A DNA stretch of 64,000 nt from a virus, in IMG/VR virus record IMGVR_UViG_3300005532_000007, positions 24,173-88,172 of that record; one strand, given 5' to 3'. Position numbers and translations under genes: made by a program. Shown piece after piece: positions 53,899-63,763 of the stretch. The notes beneath the pieces were generated by a model, which saw nothing but the letters and a program-made list of their open reading frames with translations, had not been told where the DNA came from and ran no database searches. Numbering within the stretch: position 1 is the first letter of the stretch; each line of letters opens with the position of its first letter.

Positions 53899-54806
53899 GC
53901 TGGCACCCCCAGCGAGCCTGCGGCAGACGAGACGAGCTCGCCCTCAACCACCCGCGGATACTGCCGAACACGCAGATCCAACGGCCACTCAGACGGCTCG
54001 CCGCCCTTCGGATCCACCGACCGATGCACCCGAGCCCACGGCGTTCCGAGCTGCTTGACATACACCGGAACCCCGGCATCACGGCACTGCGACACCAGCG
54101 ACCGCGCCCAGTCGAGATCCATCGCCCGCGGCGCGGAACCGACACCCGACTCACCGCCCACAACGACCCAGTCCAACCGCGGGTTATCCCCAAGCCAGCG
54201 GTCCGCCAGCCGCACCGCCGAAAGCAACGGCTCCGCCGAGATCCACCGCACATGCGCCGGCGTCGACAAGAGCGCCTCAATCCGCAGCGTCGCGTGCGGC
54301 TGGTCCTCCGTGCTGACACCGAGCCACACGTTGCGCAGCGGCCACCAGCCGTCACCGTGCTCGGCGTCGAACATGGCGAGCGACGTACCTGTCTGCGCGA
54401 CGTAGGCGGACCGGACGGCGGCCTGGAACCGGGGCGAGGACAGCAGGGCGCGCATGCGCCCGTGCCGCTTGGTGAGGATCTGATACGAATGCTGCGGGGT
54501 GCGCAGCATTACCGCGAACGCCCGCGCCACGAGATCCACGGGCACCTGCTTGTGGAACAAGTCCGAGAGGCTGTTCACGAACACGCGCCGCGGCTTGCGC
54601 CACGTGGTGGGCAGCTCGAGCTTGTGCGGCATCAGGATGATGCGCGTGGAGCCGCCGATCGCCTTGGAGTCGAAGAAGTTGCGCTGCTGCCTGAACGGCG
54701 GCTGCTTGTCGATGTAGCAATTGACGCAGCCTTCCGAGACGCGTGTACACCCGTGGACGAAGTTCCACGACGCATCCGTCCATTGAATAAGACTGTTGTC
54801 GCTCAT
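53895..54806 (-). CDS. DUF5131 (phage Gp37/Gp68) protein
   Basis: IQWTDASWN..GCTRVSEGCVNCY, FVNSLSDLFH, LTKR, SAEPLL and WVVVGGESG. Confidence 0.92.
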   Translation of the reverse strand: MSDNSLIQWTDASWNFVHGCTRVSEGCVNCYIDKQPPFRQQRNFFDSKAIGGSTRIILMPHKLELPTTWRKPRRVFVNSLSDLFHKQVPVDLVARAFAVMLRTPQHSYQILTKRHGRMRALLSSPRFQAAVRSAYVAQTGTSLAMFDAEHGDGWWPLRNVWLGVSTEDQPHATLRIEALLSTPAHVRWISAEPLLSAVRLADRWLGDNPRLDWVVVGGESGVGSAPRAMDLDWARSLVSQCRDAGVPVYVKQLGTPWARVHRSVDPKGGEPSEWPLDLRVRQYPRVVEGELVSSAAGSLGVPA

Positions 54807-55089
54807 GTCGGCTGTCCCCCACGGAAAGCGAAATCTGAAAACGGCGCGCACTCGGCGGCCGGCGTCGGGACGTGCTCGCGCACCCGCGCCAGGCAGCCGA
54901 CGCCGAAGTTCTCGAACTCCAGCAGCCGCGCGTCCGGATCCGCGCGAGCTGCGCACGCGTGGTGATGTCCTCGCGCGCGAGGACGTTGCGGGCCTGGTGG
55001 CCGAGCCGGTCGTGCCCGAGCAGGTCGTCCAGTTCGGTCGGGTACTCGCGGCAGGACAGGTCGCGACACTCACCGCGCTGGGGGCTCAC
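54803..55089 (-). pseudogene. RNA polymerase alpha-CTD-like gene split by a 1-nt frameshift near 54935
   Basis: LGHQARNVLAREDITTRAQLARI in one frame continues as PDARLLEFENFGVGCLARVRE in another; both ends coupled to neighbouring genes. Confidence 0.65.
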
Positions 55090-55382
55090 CGGCCCGCTCC
55101 CTTGCGGTCGTTCTGCGCGAGCCGGTCGATCCAGTGCTGCAGCCCGGCGAGCTCGGTCGCGTGCCGGTATTCGCACATGTATGCGATCGTGACCGGGTCC
55201 ATGTTGTCGATCAGCCGCACTCGGGATTCGCGCGCGGCGCGGCACGTGTCCGACACCGGGATGCGGCGGCTGCGTGCACGGCGATCCCGCGTCGTCACGT
55301 AAATCTGGGACAGGGCGATCGCCAGCGAGGCCGCGAGCAGCACGATAACGATCACGGTCGTGGTCAGGTCAGCCGTGTTCAC
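55086..55382 (-). CDS. Small membrane-anchored protein
   Basis: N-terminal TM; GTGA coupling. Confidence 0.5.
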   Translation of the reverse strand: MNTADLTTTVIVIVLLAASLAIALSQIYVTTRDRRARSRRIPVSDTCRAARESRVRLIDNMDPVTIAYMCEYRHATELAGLQHWIDRLAQNDRKGAGR

Positions 55383-56191
55383 GACGCACCGTTCCCACTG
55401 AACGGCTTCAGCGGCCAGCACCGGTCAATCACCGCGGCCGGATCCGATCGGCGCAGATACGCCTCGAAGCTCTCAGCCCACTGCGCATGCCAGCGCTGCT
55501 GAAGCGTGAACAACTCCTCCAGCGACACCCCGGCCAGCGCGTCGAACCGCGCGCCGCCATCCCGCAGCCGCCACACCCAATCCGGACGCCGCTGCGCAGG
55601 ACGATGCGCGATATCACCCATCAGCCAGGCCACGCGCACCGACTGCATCGCGTCGTAGTCGGCGCCGTGCGCCTGCTCCTCATCCCACGTCAAGCCGTAC
55701 GTCTCGGCCGTGGTGCGCATCTGGTACGGGCCCTGCGTCGCCGAGACACGGCGGCGGAACGGCGCGGTGTGCCGGTCGATCACCATCGTGTCGATCACGC
55801 GGGCGAGCGGCTGCCCGCACACGTCCTCCAGCGAACCGAGGCCCTTGCGGCGGCATTCACGGTCCAGGACGCACAAGTCGAAGCCGATGTTGTGCCCGAC
55901 CAGGGGAATACCCGCCCGAACGTGCTCGGCGACCGCGGTCGCGATCTCGAGCACGCCGGTTTTCGCGTCCATGCCGTGCTCGGCGGCATATTCGTCGGTG
56001 ATGCCGTGGATCGCGATCGCTTCCGGGTTCATCGGGATCCCGGGGTTGAGCAGCCACGTCGCGGGCAGGGTCGGCTTCTCGCCGCCGACGCCGATCAGTG
56101 CGCAGGTGACGATGAGCGCGGTCTCAGGGTCTTTGTCGGTGGTCTCGAAGTCGAAGCCGGCCATCCGGCCCAGGTGCCATGGGGTGTTCAT
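55379..56191 (-). CDS. DnaQ-like DEDDh 3'-5' exonuclease
   Basis: FDFETT, IHGIT, GHNIGFD, IDT and AHGADYDA. Confidence 0.9.
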   Translation of the reverse strand: MNTPWHLGRMAGFDFETTDKDPETALIVTCALIGVGGEKPTLPATWLLNPGIPMNPEAIAIHGITDEYAAEHGMDAKTGVLEIATAVAEHVRAGIPLVGHNIGFDLCVLDRECRRKGLGSLEDVCGQPLARVIDTMVIDRHTAPFRRRVSATQGPYQMRTTAETYGLTWDEEQAHGADYDAMQSVRVAWLMGDIAHRPAQRRPDWVWRLRDGGARFDALAGVSLEELFTLQQRWHAQWAESFEAYLRRSDPAAVIDRCWPLKPFSGNGAS

Positions 56192-57090
56192 GCGTCACCA
56201 CCGGCGGCACGCTGGTCTGCGTCGCGGGACTCGGCGATGCAGCCCTCGCAGCCGTCCATCCACTCGTCTTCCGGATGCCCGTTGTGCTCTGGCGATGCCG
56301 GCTTCGGCTTCGCCTTCGGCCAACGCTGCTCACTGATCCCCAGCAGTAATTGACCGAGTTCCAGCCGCTGACCCTGATGTTCCACCACCGAGGTCAGCAG
56401 CCGGTGCTGCATCAGCTCGTTGTAGATCTGCCGCATGCGTTCTCGCGGCGTGAGCGGATTCGTAACCTCAGCCAGATACGCCTGCGCCGTCGGAGCCGAC
56501 GGATCACCGCGCTCGACATATGACTCATCCGGATCGGGCTCGTTCGTCGGGATCAGCCCCGCGCCCAGCAGCAGCACCCGTAGAGCAACGGTCTGCGCCT
56601 TCGACGCCGCTTTGTCGGCGTAGTCCGTTGCCTGCCCTACGGACTGCGCGATGAATGAGTCCTCCATCGGCCCGGTGATCTGCCAGGTCACAGTCACGCA
56701 GCATTCGCGCATATGTGTGCCCTTGGACGAGCGGGTGTCGTTGAAGGTCGCCTCGGTCTTGATGGGGATGACGTCCACGCCGTGCAGTAGTGTCGCCGGG
56801 CCGAATGCGTTGATCACGCGGTCTGCGCCGCGGAAGTTGTATTTGGTGCCCGAGGCGTTATACAGGTCGTTCTTGCCGATCGCGCCGACGGTCTGCCGCA
56901 CGCGGCGCCATGCGACGCGCACCGACACGAGTTCTGGACCCTCGGGGCCCGGTTCGGGGATCCCGAGGTCTGGCAGCGGCTCGACCACGGGTCGCGAAGG
57001 CAGCGATACCTGGTCCGCGATCACCGTGCTCTCATCTACCTCCGCCCGCGCCAACTGCGCGGCCCGCTCGCTCAAAGTCGCAGCGCTCAT
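56188..57090 (-). CDS. ERF-family ssDNA annealing protein
   Basis: IGKND...YNFRGADRVINA...GQATDYADKAASKAQTVALR...IPT.EPDPD. Confidence 0.85.
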   Translation of the reverse strand: MSAATLSERAAQLARAEVDESTVIADQVSLPSRPVVEPLPDLGIPEPGPEGPELVSVRVAWRRVRQTVGAIGKNDLYNASGTKYNFRGADRVINAFGPATLLHGVDVIPIKTEATFNDTRSSKGTHMRECCVTVTWQITGPMEDSFIAQSVGQATDYADKAASKAQTVALRVLLLGAGLIPTNEPDPDESYVERGDPSAPTAQAYLAEVTNPLTPRERMRQIYNELMQHRLLTSVVEHQGQRLELGQLLLGISEQRWPKAKPKPASPEHNGHPEDEWMDGCEGCIAESRDADQRAAGGDA

Positions 57091-58136
57091 CGCGTCCTCC
57101 CCCATGTCCTTCGGTACTGATTCGTCACATTCAGGCGGCGCGAATTTCGATCCGATACACACGCCGCGTACGCAGCCGGGAACTCGTTCAGCAGCCGCGC
57201 CGTATCCACATGCGTCCGTGACTGCAGCTCGTACGTGAACGCTGCCTTGTCGTCGATCACACCGATCTCGGCGTCGCCCAGCGCCTGCACCAGCAGCGCC
57301 TTCGCCATCGCCTTGCGGCTTTGGGCGTCCTTCTCCTCCGCGCCCGCCTCCAGGTAGGCATCCAGCGCGTCATGCACGTCGAGGTCACGGTCGAAGCGCT
57401 GCACACCGCCGCGATCCGGGTTCAGCTCGTCGAACAGGTCGACCAGCGACTCCGGGTTCCCGGACGGCTCCGGCGGCCGGCCGACGATGATGTGCTCGTG
57501 CCACAGCCGGTCGGCGATCGTGGTGATGTCCTCGATCAGCTGCGCGTGCTCACGCCCGAACACGGTGAACTGCCGGAAGTCCGAGCTGCCGATCAGCGCC
57601 GCGACGTGAATGTGGTCGAAGCCGGTGACCTTGTGCTGCCACAAGGTCTGCGCGAGCACGTCATCCGGGCAGCCCTTACGCCACTTGCCCGCGGTGAACG
57701 CGTTGCGGTTCTTCACCTCGAGCGCACACGCCTCGGTGCGGTCGCGGTCCAGCGGACACACGGTTACGCGCCGGTCCAGGGTGCACATGCGGTGCGGAGC
57801 GTCGATCTGCTGGACGAGGCCGACGCGGCGAATCGCGGACTTATTACGGCGCGCCCACTCCCGGGCGATGGTGTCCTCATGCAGGTGCCCCCACAGCGCG
57901 GGCTCGCCGGCGTCGTCATCCTCAGGCAGTTCGCCGCGCTTGTTGTAGTAGACGTGCAGCGGCGTTTTCTCGCACTCGGGAAGGCCCATGATCGGGGGGA
58001 TATCGCTGGAGCCGATGCCTTTGCGGCGTTCGCGCAGCCACTGGTCGATCGGTGCGTCGGCAGACAGGACGAGCCGGGCTGTCGGGGTGACGCGGCGCCT
58101 GGTCGGGGCCGGGGTGTCGAATAGCGCGGTGGTCAT
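57087..58136 (-). CDS. YqaJ/lambda-exo-like recombination exonuclease
   Basis: WLRERRKGIGSSD, WGHLHE, TLDR, LEVK and Q..WQ..VTG. Confidence 0.9.
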   Translation of the reverse strand: MTTALFDTPAPTRRRVTPTARLVLSADAPIDQWLRERRKGIGSSDIPPIMGLPECEKTPLHVYYNKRGELPEDDDAGEPALWGHLHEDTIAREWARRNKSAIRRVGLVQQIDAPHRMCTLDRRVTVCPLDRDRTEACALEVKNRNAFTAGKWRKGCPDDVLAQTLWQHKVTGFDHIHVAALIGSSDFRQFTVFGREHAQLIEDITTIADRLWHEHIIVGRPPEPSGNPESLVDLFDELNPDRGGVQRFDRDLDVHDALDAYLEAGAEEKDAQSRKAMAKALLVQALGDAEIGVIDDKAAFTYELQSRTHVDTARLLNEFPAAYAACVSDRNSRRLNVTNQYRRTWGRTR

Positions 58137-58534
58137 GGATCGAGCCCTTCGCGCGCGATGCGCAGCGCGTCGAGCACGATGGAGAGGTTCTCCTCGTCCA
58201 GGACCCGAGCGGCTTCGCGTAGATTCGGGCGGCAGTCGGTCCAGCCGTGCAACGAGGCCGCGATCTCGGCGCGCACTCGCACGACCGTGGATGCCGAGCG
58301 GGCCCAGTCCAGCAGCGCGGCCCAGTCGATGCTCACCCACGCTTCGAACGGGTTACGCATGGGTTCGACGAAGCTGATCCAGCGCAGGTCGCGGATCGTG
58401 GCGAGGACGCGCAGTGCTGCGGCGGACGGCGATTCGCCAAGCATGTCTTCGTCGAGACGGTCGCGGACCTCAGCGGGCAGGATCCCGAGCAGGTCGGCGC
58501 AGGTGTCGATCCCGGAGTCGATCAGCAGGCTCAT
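58133..58534 (-). CDS. Hypothetical protein
   Basis: IDWAAL...IAASL...LDEENLSIVLDALRIA. Confidence 0.6.
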   Translation of the reverse strand: MSLLIDSGIDTCADLLGILPAEVRDRLDEDMLGESPSAAALRVLATIRDLRWISFVEPMRNPFEAWVSIDWAALLDWARSASTVVRVRAEIAASLHGWTDCRPNLREAARVLDEENLSIVLDALRIAREGLDP

Positions 58535-58791
58535 GCCGCCCTCCCCGCCACCAGCACCGGGCGCGGCGCAGCGGTCCGGGTGTTGCGGTGCAGCGCGGCC
58601 AGCAGTTCCGCGCTGGCGCTGTCCAAGTCGCTGGTCGCGAGCGCCTTCTCGTCCGCGTCGCGCGGATCCTCCAGGCGCTTCGACGCGTCGAGCGCGTCGT
58701 TCAGGGCGTCGCGCACGGACTCGACCTCGTACAGCTTGAGCAGCAGGTCGGTGATGGTGAGCGGGTGGACACCCGCAGGCAGCGTGATCAT
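58531..58791 (-). CDS. Hypothetical protein
   Basis: ATGA-coupled ORF. Confidence 0.55.
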   Translation of the reverse strand: MITLPAGVHPLTITDLLLKLYEVESVRDALNDALDASKRLEDPRDADEKALATSDLDSASAELLAALHRNTRTAAPRPVLVAGRAA

Positions 58792-59837
58792 TCCGCCGCC
58801 TCCGAGCCCTCGTCAGCGTCCGACCCGGCCAGCACGGATTCGGTCTTCCCGCGGCGCGGCAGCTTCTCCGACTCGGCTACGGGCCCGTCTGGAACCGGAG
58901 GCTCCACGGCATCGCCGTCCTGATGAACCGGTGACGGCTGCTCCTGCTTGTCGGCGAACGGCGCGAACGGGAACTGCGGGCCCGCGACCACCACCGTCGA
59001 CACCTCAACCCGCGCCGTGTCCTGCGATTTGCCCGCAGGCACCGCACTCGAGCACGCGAGTTGCTGGCACGTCACCTCCCGCTGCGTCGGCAAATACACC
59101 AACGCCCCCTCACGCACCAGCGTCAGCATCCCGGCGCGCTTCTCCTCATCCAGCACGCATGCGGGGAACGCCACGTCCTGCAGCGGGTCCTGTCGGTGAA
59201 CCACACCGCCCGCGATCACGCGGCCCGTGTACGACGGCGCAGGTGCGGGCATCGGCTCATCAGGCTTGATCACAGGGATGATGCCGGTCTGACCCGGATC
59301 GGCGACCGTGTGCAGGGCCCGCTGCCGCATCGTCCCCGCCTGCCGCGCCGCCAACTCGTCGAACGCGTCCGTACCAGGTGCGGGGATCGCGCCGACCTCG
59401 TGGGAGACGAACAGGCCCGCACCCATCGCCTCGGCCTGCACACGGTTGCGGGACTGGCGCCGCGCCTGTGCGAGCCGCGAATCGAGTTCGGCGAGATGGC
59501 GGTGCAGGTCCAGCGCCGCCTGCTGTGCGGGGATGTCGTGGTTGAGTGCGCTGAGCACGGTGCGGGCGACCGCGACAAATACCGGGTCGGGATTCAGTTG
59601 TGCCGAGGTCGGGTGCTGGGCGACCTCAACGTGCATGCCATTCGTCGTGGCGCTGACCTCGAGATCCGGCGCCGCGGGCTCGGTCTCGTGTCCGGTCTGC
59701 GGTTCGGACTCAGCGGCCGGTTCCTCCTCCGCTGGAACCGACACGCCCACCATGCCGCCGACCACGCGACGCCACACGCTCACGCGCCGGGTGCCACGGT
59801 GCGCCGAGCCGGGTACAGTGGTGCTCAAAGCCACCAC
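58788..59837 (-). CDS. Hypothetical protein
   Basis: GAAAGGA RBS; long ORF in the early operon. Confidence 0.55.
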   Translation of the reverse strand: MVALSTTVPGSAHRGTRRVSVWRRVVGGMVGVSVPAEEEPAAESEPQTGHETEPAAPDLEVSATTNGMHVEVAQHPTSAQLNPDPVFVAVARTVLSALNHDIPAQQAALDLHRHLAELDSRLAQARRQSRNRVQAEAMGAGLFVSHEVGAIPAPGTDAFDELAARQAGTMRQRALHTVADPGQTGIIPVIKPDEPMPAPAPSYTGRVIAGGVVHRQDPLQDVAFPACVLDEEKRAGMLTLVREGALVYLPTQREVTCQQLACSSAVPAGKSQDTARVEVSTVVVAGPQFPFAPFADKQEQPSPVHQDGDAVEPPVPDGPVAESEKLPRRGKTESVLAGSDADEGSEAAE

Positions 59838-59911
59838 ACTTCCTTTCAACTGGGATTGGTGGTTCGTTCGCCGCCCCAGCGCCCGGATGCACCCCGGGCC
59901 GGGGCGGTTAC

Positions 59912-60223
59912 TCACATCTCGGCCAGCAGCCTGCGGTCGCGCTGACGGCGGGCGATCCCGCGGGCGATATCCGCGCTGGTGATCTGCGCCGCCTCGGGCT
60001 GCGCCGGACCGGGGTTCTCGAGCTTCGCGAGGATCGCGGCCACGTGTTCCGGATAGAACCGGTAGCGGCCCTTCGGTCCCGGACTGGTGCGCGCGTGCGG
60101 CCAGTACTCCTGCGGATCGGTGGACTTCAGGTGCTTGCGCACCGTGTCCTTGCCGAGCTTCACCAGCTGGCACAGGCCGTTGAAGTCGAGCGTCGGCGCG
60201 GCGTGTGCTTCCTGGACGCTCAT
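59912..60223 (-). CDS. Excisionase/MerR-like HTH protein
   Basis: LDFNGLCQLVKLGKDTVRKHL...WPHAR...YRFYPEHVAAI. Confidence 0.7.
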   Translation of the reverse strand: MSVQEAHAAPTLDFNGLCQLVKLGKDTVRKHLKSTDPQEYWPHARTSPGPKGRYRFYPEHVAAILAKLENPGPAQPEAAQITSADIARGIARRQRDRRLLAEM

Positions 60224-60609
60224 GCCGCGACCGGTTCGGCCTGGTAGGCGGCGCGCAGCGTCTCGTCGGAGACCGGGTTGCCGTCCTCGTCGACCGTCTC
60301 GAACATCGCGAACAGCGCCGTCTGGAAGTCGGTGCCGCTGGCCAGCGCGTAGCGGGCGGCGATCGTGGCCATGGTGGTGCTGTCCGGCTTGTAGCCGGGG
60401 GTCAGGACGCGGGTGGGCAGGCCGCTGCGGTTCTCCCCGGTCAGGATCGCCTGGTTGGGGGCGTTAAGCCGGGCGCCGCGCGCGTCGCGGTAAGCCTCGT
60501 CGCCGATGGCGGCGGCGAGGATCTGAAGGGCGTTCTCGCGGAGCCGGAATCTGACCTTGAGGTCAGGCGGGGGCATCGACACGGGAGTCTCCTGTACATC
60601 TTCAGCCAT
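60220..60609 (-). CDS. Cro-like first gene of the early operon (start uncertain)
   Basis: Divergent from the repressor; downstream of the TTGACA promoter. Confidence 0.5.
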   Translation of the reverse strand: MAEDVQETPVSMPPPDLKVRFRLRENALQILAAAIGDEAYRDARGARLNAPNQAILTGENRSGLPTRVLTPGYKPDSTTMATIAARYALASGTDFQTALFAMFETVDEDGNPVSDETLRAAYQAEPVAA

Positions 60610-60860
60610 TTTGCTGAGCATCTTCAGCATAGACCGGCGGGGGCTGAGCATGTCAAGACACTCGGCTGAACACGCACAGGATTTGTGGACTGACTTTGGC
60701 TACGCGCCGGTAGCGCGCCCTTGCGTACCCCTTCGAGTCCTGTGACAGTAGACCCGGACGTGTCCCCCACCTGCGTCTTTGACGCATTTGCGGATGCCTG
60801 GCGCACCGCCCCGAACTGGCGCACTGGATAGGACAACCCATATGCTGAAGACGTTCAGCA
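60590..60860. promoter_or_regulatory. Immunity region: leftward promoter TTGACA-N19-TATGCT and operator array GCTGA-N6-(T/A)CAG
   Basis: Perfect TGCTGAA-GACG-TTCAGCA at 60843-60860; near copies at 60612-60629, 60591-60607 and 60664-60680. Confidence 0.75.
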
Positions 60861-60913
60861 CCACGACCGGTCACCGAATACGCCCCCACGTCCCACACCC
60901 CCCGAAGGCACCC

Positions 60914-61429
60914 ATGGCCGCCGACGACACCCCCGCACGCCGCGCCGCCAAACGACCCTCCAGCGACCGCGCCCGCGCCTGGGGCGCCTGGCTCGACCCC
61001 ACCCTCACCCGCCGCGGACTGCGCAACGCCGAGTTCGAACGGCTGCTGGCCAACCCCTCCTACGACTCCGGCCTGATCTCCAACTGGCGCCAAGGCAAGA
61101 CCGCCCCCAGCGAAGCCGCCGCCTGGGACGTGGCCGACGCCCTGTCCCTGCCCGTCCCCGACGTCCTGCGCGCCGCTGGCTTCCCCGAATTCGCCGCCCG
61201 CGTCGAACGCGTCGCCGGACGCGGCGTGCAGCCCCCGCCCCTCGATCCCGTGCTCGAACGCCTTGACGCCCTCGGCGTGCCCGAACTGACCCGGCCCCTC
61301 GCCGCGGAATACGAGCGCGACAAGGCCTCGCTGCGCCGTAGATACGAGCTCGAACTCGCCGAGCTGCGCCGCAAGCTCAAACAGGGCGACGACGACGACA
61401 CAGACGAGCCCCGTACCGGTACCCAATAG
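60914..61429 (+). CDS. XRE-family immunity repressor (CI-like)
   Basis: WGAWL...ISNWRQGKTAPS...VADALSLPVPDVLRAAG; between the early operon and the integrase. Confidence 0.8.
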   Translation: MAADDTPARRAAKRPSSDRARAWGAWLDPTLTRRGLRNAEFERLLANPSYDSGLISNWRQGKTAPSEAAAWDVADALSLPVPDVLRAAGFPEFAARVERVAGRGVQPPPLDPVLERLDALGVPELTRPLAAEYERDKASLRRRYELELAELRRKLKQGDDDDTDEPRTGTQ

Positions 61430-61446
61430 CACACACGCGAATCGAC

Positions 61447-61478
61447 AAGACCCGTCACCCCATGGGGTGACGGGTCTT
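61447..61478. terminator. Perfect 32-bp palindrome, probable terminator after the repressor
   Basis: AAGACCCGTCACCCCA/TGGGGTGACGGGTCTT. Confidence 0.6.
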
Positions 61479-61568
61479 TACCATGGCCTAGAGCATTCCT
61501 ACGCTGACTAACTACCTCAGCATTCGCATGAGCCACAAGAGCACGTCAAACGCTCAAAGGGGGAATAC

Positions 61569-62327
61569 ATGGACACGGGAGACAGCGGTCGAACCAACGC
61601 CGTATCCCACACCGCATGCAAAGCGCTGATTACCCCCAAAGCCACCCTGATCGCCACCGCGATCCTCTGGCCCGCCGCCGTGCTGCTCTTCGCCCTCCAC
61701 CTCGACCACGCGCTCAGCCTCGGGCTGCTCGGCATCGGCCTGTGGTGCTTCTGGCTCCTCGCCCTCGGCTGCGTCGGGTTCTGGACCACGTTCCTGCGCG
61801 TGACCAGTCCCCTGCTCGCCGAGGACTGGCGCATCGGCGTCGCGTTCGGGGACCTCAACCACCTGCCCGTGACCGAATCCACCTACGAGGCGCTGCTGGC
61901 CGACGACAAACCCCCCAACCCGTTCGTGCGCGGGGCGCTGTGGCCGATCTTCACGTGGATCGGCGGCATGTGCTGGGGGATCGCCGCGCTGCTGACCGGC
62001 GCCGCGGCGAGCGGGCTCATCCACGCCCCCACCACCGACATCCTCGTCGCGCTCGTGATCATCATGATTCCCGCCGTGCAGTGCACCGCCGCCGCCGTCA
62101 ACGGGCCGCCGCTGACCCGCCAGTGGCAGCTGCGCAACGCCGCGGCGCTCGCGCACCTGCGCATGCGCGCGATGGCGCAGCAGGTCGCCGACGCCCGCGC
62201 GCTGAACACCTCCGTGCCGGACACGATGGCGGACACGGCGGAGATCCCCGGAGCCACCCTGCACGTGGTGCACGGCAGCGGCGTCAACGGCCGCTCGCAC
62301 AGCTGGCACACGGCCGGCGAATCCTAG
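61569..62327 (+). CDS. 4-TM membrane protein (possible exclusion/moron gene)
   Basis: Four hydrophobic segments; between the repressor and the integrase. Confidence 0.6.
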   Translation: MDTGDSGRTNAVSHTACKALITPKATLIATAILWPAAVLLFALHLDHALSLGLLGIGLWCFWLLALGCVGFWTTFLRVTSPLLAEDWRIGVAFGDLNHLPVTESTYEALLADDKPPNPFVRGALWPIFTWIGGMCWGIAALLTGAAASGLIHAPTTDILVALVIIMIPAVQCTAAAVNGPPLTRQWQLRNAAALAHLRMRAMAQQVADARALNTSVPDTMADTAEIPGATLHVVHGSGVNGRSHSWHTAGES

Positions 62328-63763
62328 GCCGCCGCGGCGAACCCCACCCGGGACAGGCGCGCATCCAGCGCCACCGTCATGTCGTCCTCCACCTCGGGCA
62401 GCAGGTGCCCGTACCGGTCGTAGGTGATCTGGATCGACTTGTGCCCCAGCCGGCGGGAGATCGCGAACAGCTGCACGCCGATCGCGATGAGTACCGCGAC
62501 GTGGGAGTGCCGCAGGTCGTGCACGCGCGGTTTGCGTTCCAGGGTGCCCTCGTGCCCGCACCACTGGATTTCGACGTCGCGCAGCGTGGACGGGCCGCGG
62601 CGCCCGATCCCGGCCGCGTAGTCCTCGCCCCGGCACGCCACGCACCGCATCGCCCGGTACAACGCCGGCCTCCAGCGCCCGGTGTAGAAGGTGGAGTGCG
62701 TCCAGCGGCCGCCGGCCGGGCCGGTGAACACCAGGTCCGTCGGACGCTTGCCCTCTAGGCGTGGCCGGATCATCTCCACCTGACGGCGGGTCAGGGCGAT
62801 CCAGCGCACCGACGCCTTGGTTTTCGGCGCGCCGAGGTAGTAGCTCTTCTTCTCGGTGTTGTTCTTCGCGTGCTTGACCACCGACTGCTTCCACGCGCGG
62901 CGCACCCGCACCCGCGGCCGGGGGCCTTCCAGCTCGAAGTCCCGCACCTGGTGCGCCGTGGCCTCGCTGAAGCGCTCCCCCGTGCCGTAGAGCCACTCGG
63001 TCAGGTCCGCCGCCTCGGCGTCGTCGAACCAGCCGTGCAGGATGGCGAACTCCTCCGGGTCCAGGAACATCATCTCCTCGTCGTCCTCGCCGTCGTCCAG
63101 TGACGGCAGCGAAGTGTCGGCGCACGGGTTGCGGGAGCGTTTGGGCACCTCCGCGTCGACGAGGAACTGCATGATCGCGTACAGCAGGCCGTGGATGTTG
63201 CGGACGGTTTTCGCCGAGACCGGTTCGCGCGCCCACGGCCAGTCCTCCTCCGGCACGTCCGGGTCGCCGGGATCCTCGCGCTCGCCCTCGAGCAGCCCGC
63301 TGATCCACGGGCCGATGCTCTCGGGGCTGATCTGCTCCGGATCCAGCACGTTCATCTCCCCGAACTTCGGCTCGAGGTGGTTGCGCACGATCGCGTGATA
63401 CCGGGCGAGGGTGCCGGATTCGATCCCGGGGGCCATGCGCGCGAGCGCCGCCTTGGCGTGGTCGCGAAAGAGCAGCACCGGTTTATCGTCGGCGCCCTGG
63501 GCGGCGTCGATCGCGGCGGCCTGCGCGGCGGTGACGAACCCGATACCGGGCAGGTAGTTGACGGGCCAGTCGTAGCCGTTGGATTCGACGGCGAGGGCGA
63601 AGAACTGCGCGGCCTTCAGGTCGCGCTTGGGGTTCTTCTTCGGGTTGAACGTCTCGGTCTTCTGCGGACCCTTGGAGCCGCCACGCAGGCGCCATTTGAC
63701 GTCCCACACGGTGGTGCCGTCGGCCAGGGAGCGGGGTTTCGGTGTGAGCGCCATGCGTTCCAC
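62324..63763 (-). CDS. int: Tyrosine integrase
   Basis: TGERFSE (R), PKT (K), HDLRH, LGH and YGH (Y) catalytic set. Confidence 0.95.
   Translation of the reverse strand: MERMALTPKPRSLADGTTVWDVKWRLRGGSKGPQKTETFNPKKNPKRDLKAAQFFALAVESNGYDWPVNYLPGIGFVTAAQAAAIDAAQGADDKPVLLFRDHAKAALARMAPGIESGTLARYHAIVRNHLEPKFGEMNVLDPEQISPESIGPWISGLLEGEREDPGDPDVPEEDWPWAREPVSAKTVRNIHGLLYAIMQFLVDAEVPKRSRNPCADTSLPSLDDGEDDEEMMFLDPEEFAILHGWFDDAEAADLTEWLYGTGERFSEATAHQVRDFELEGPRPRVRVRRAWKQSVVKHAKNNTEKKSYYLGAPKTKASVRWIALTRRQVEMIRPRLEGKRPTDLVFTGPAGGRWTHSTFYTGRWRPALYRAMRCVACRGEDYAAGIGRRGPSTLRDVEIQWCGHEGTLERKPRVHDLRHSHVAVLIAIGVQLFAISRRLGHKSIQITYDRYGHLLPEVEDDMTVALDARLSRVGFAAAA

Noticed and set aside
61447-61478. Protelomerase telRL site
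   Set aside because: No protelomerase is visible, and the position fits a terminator
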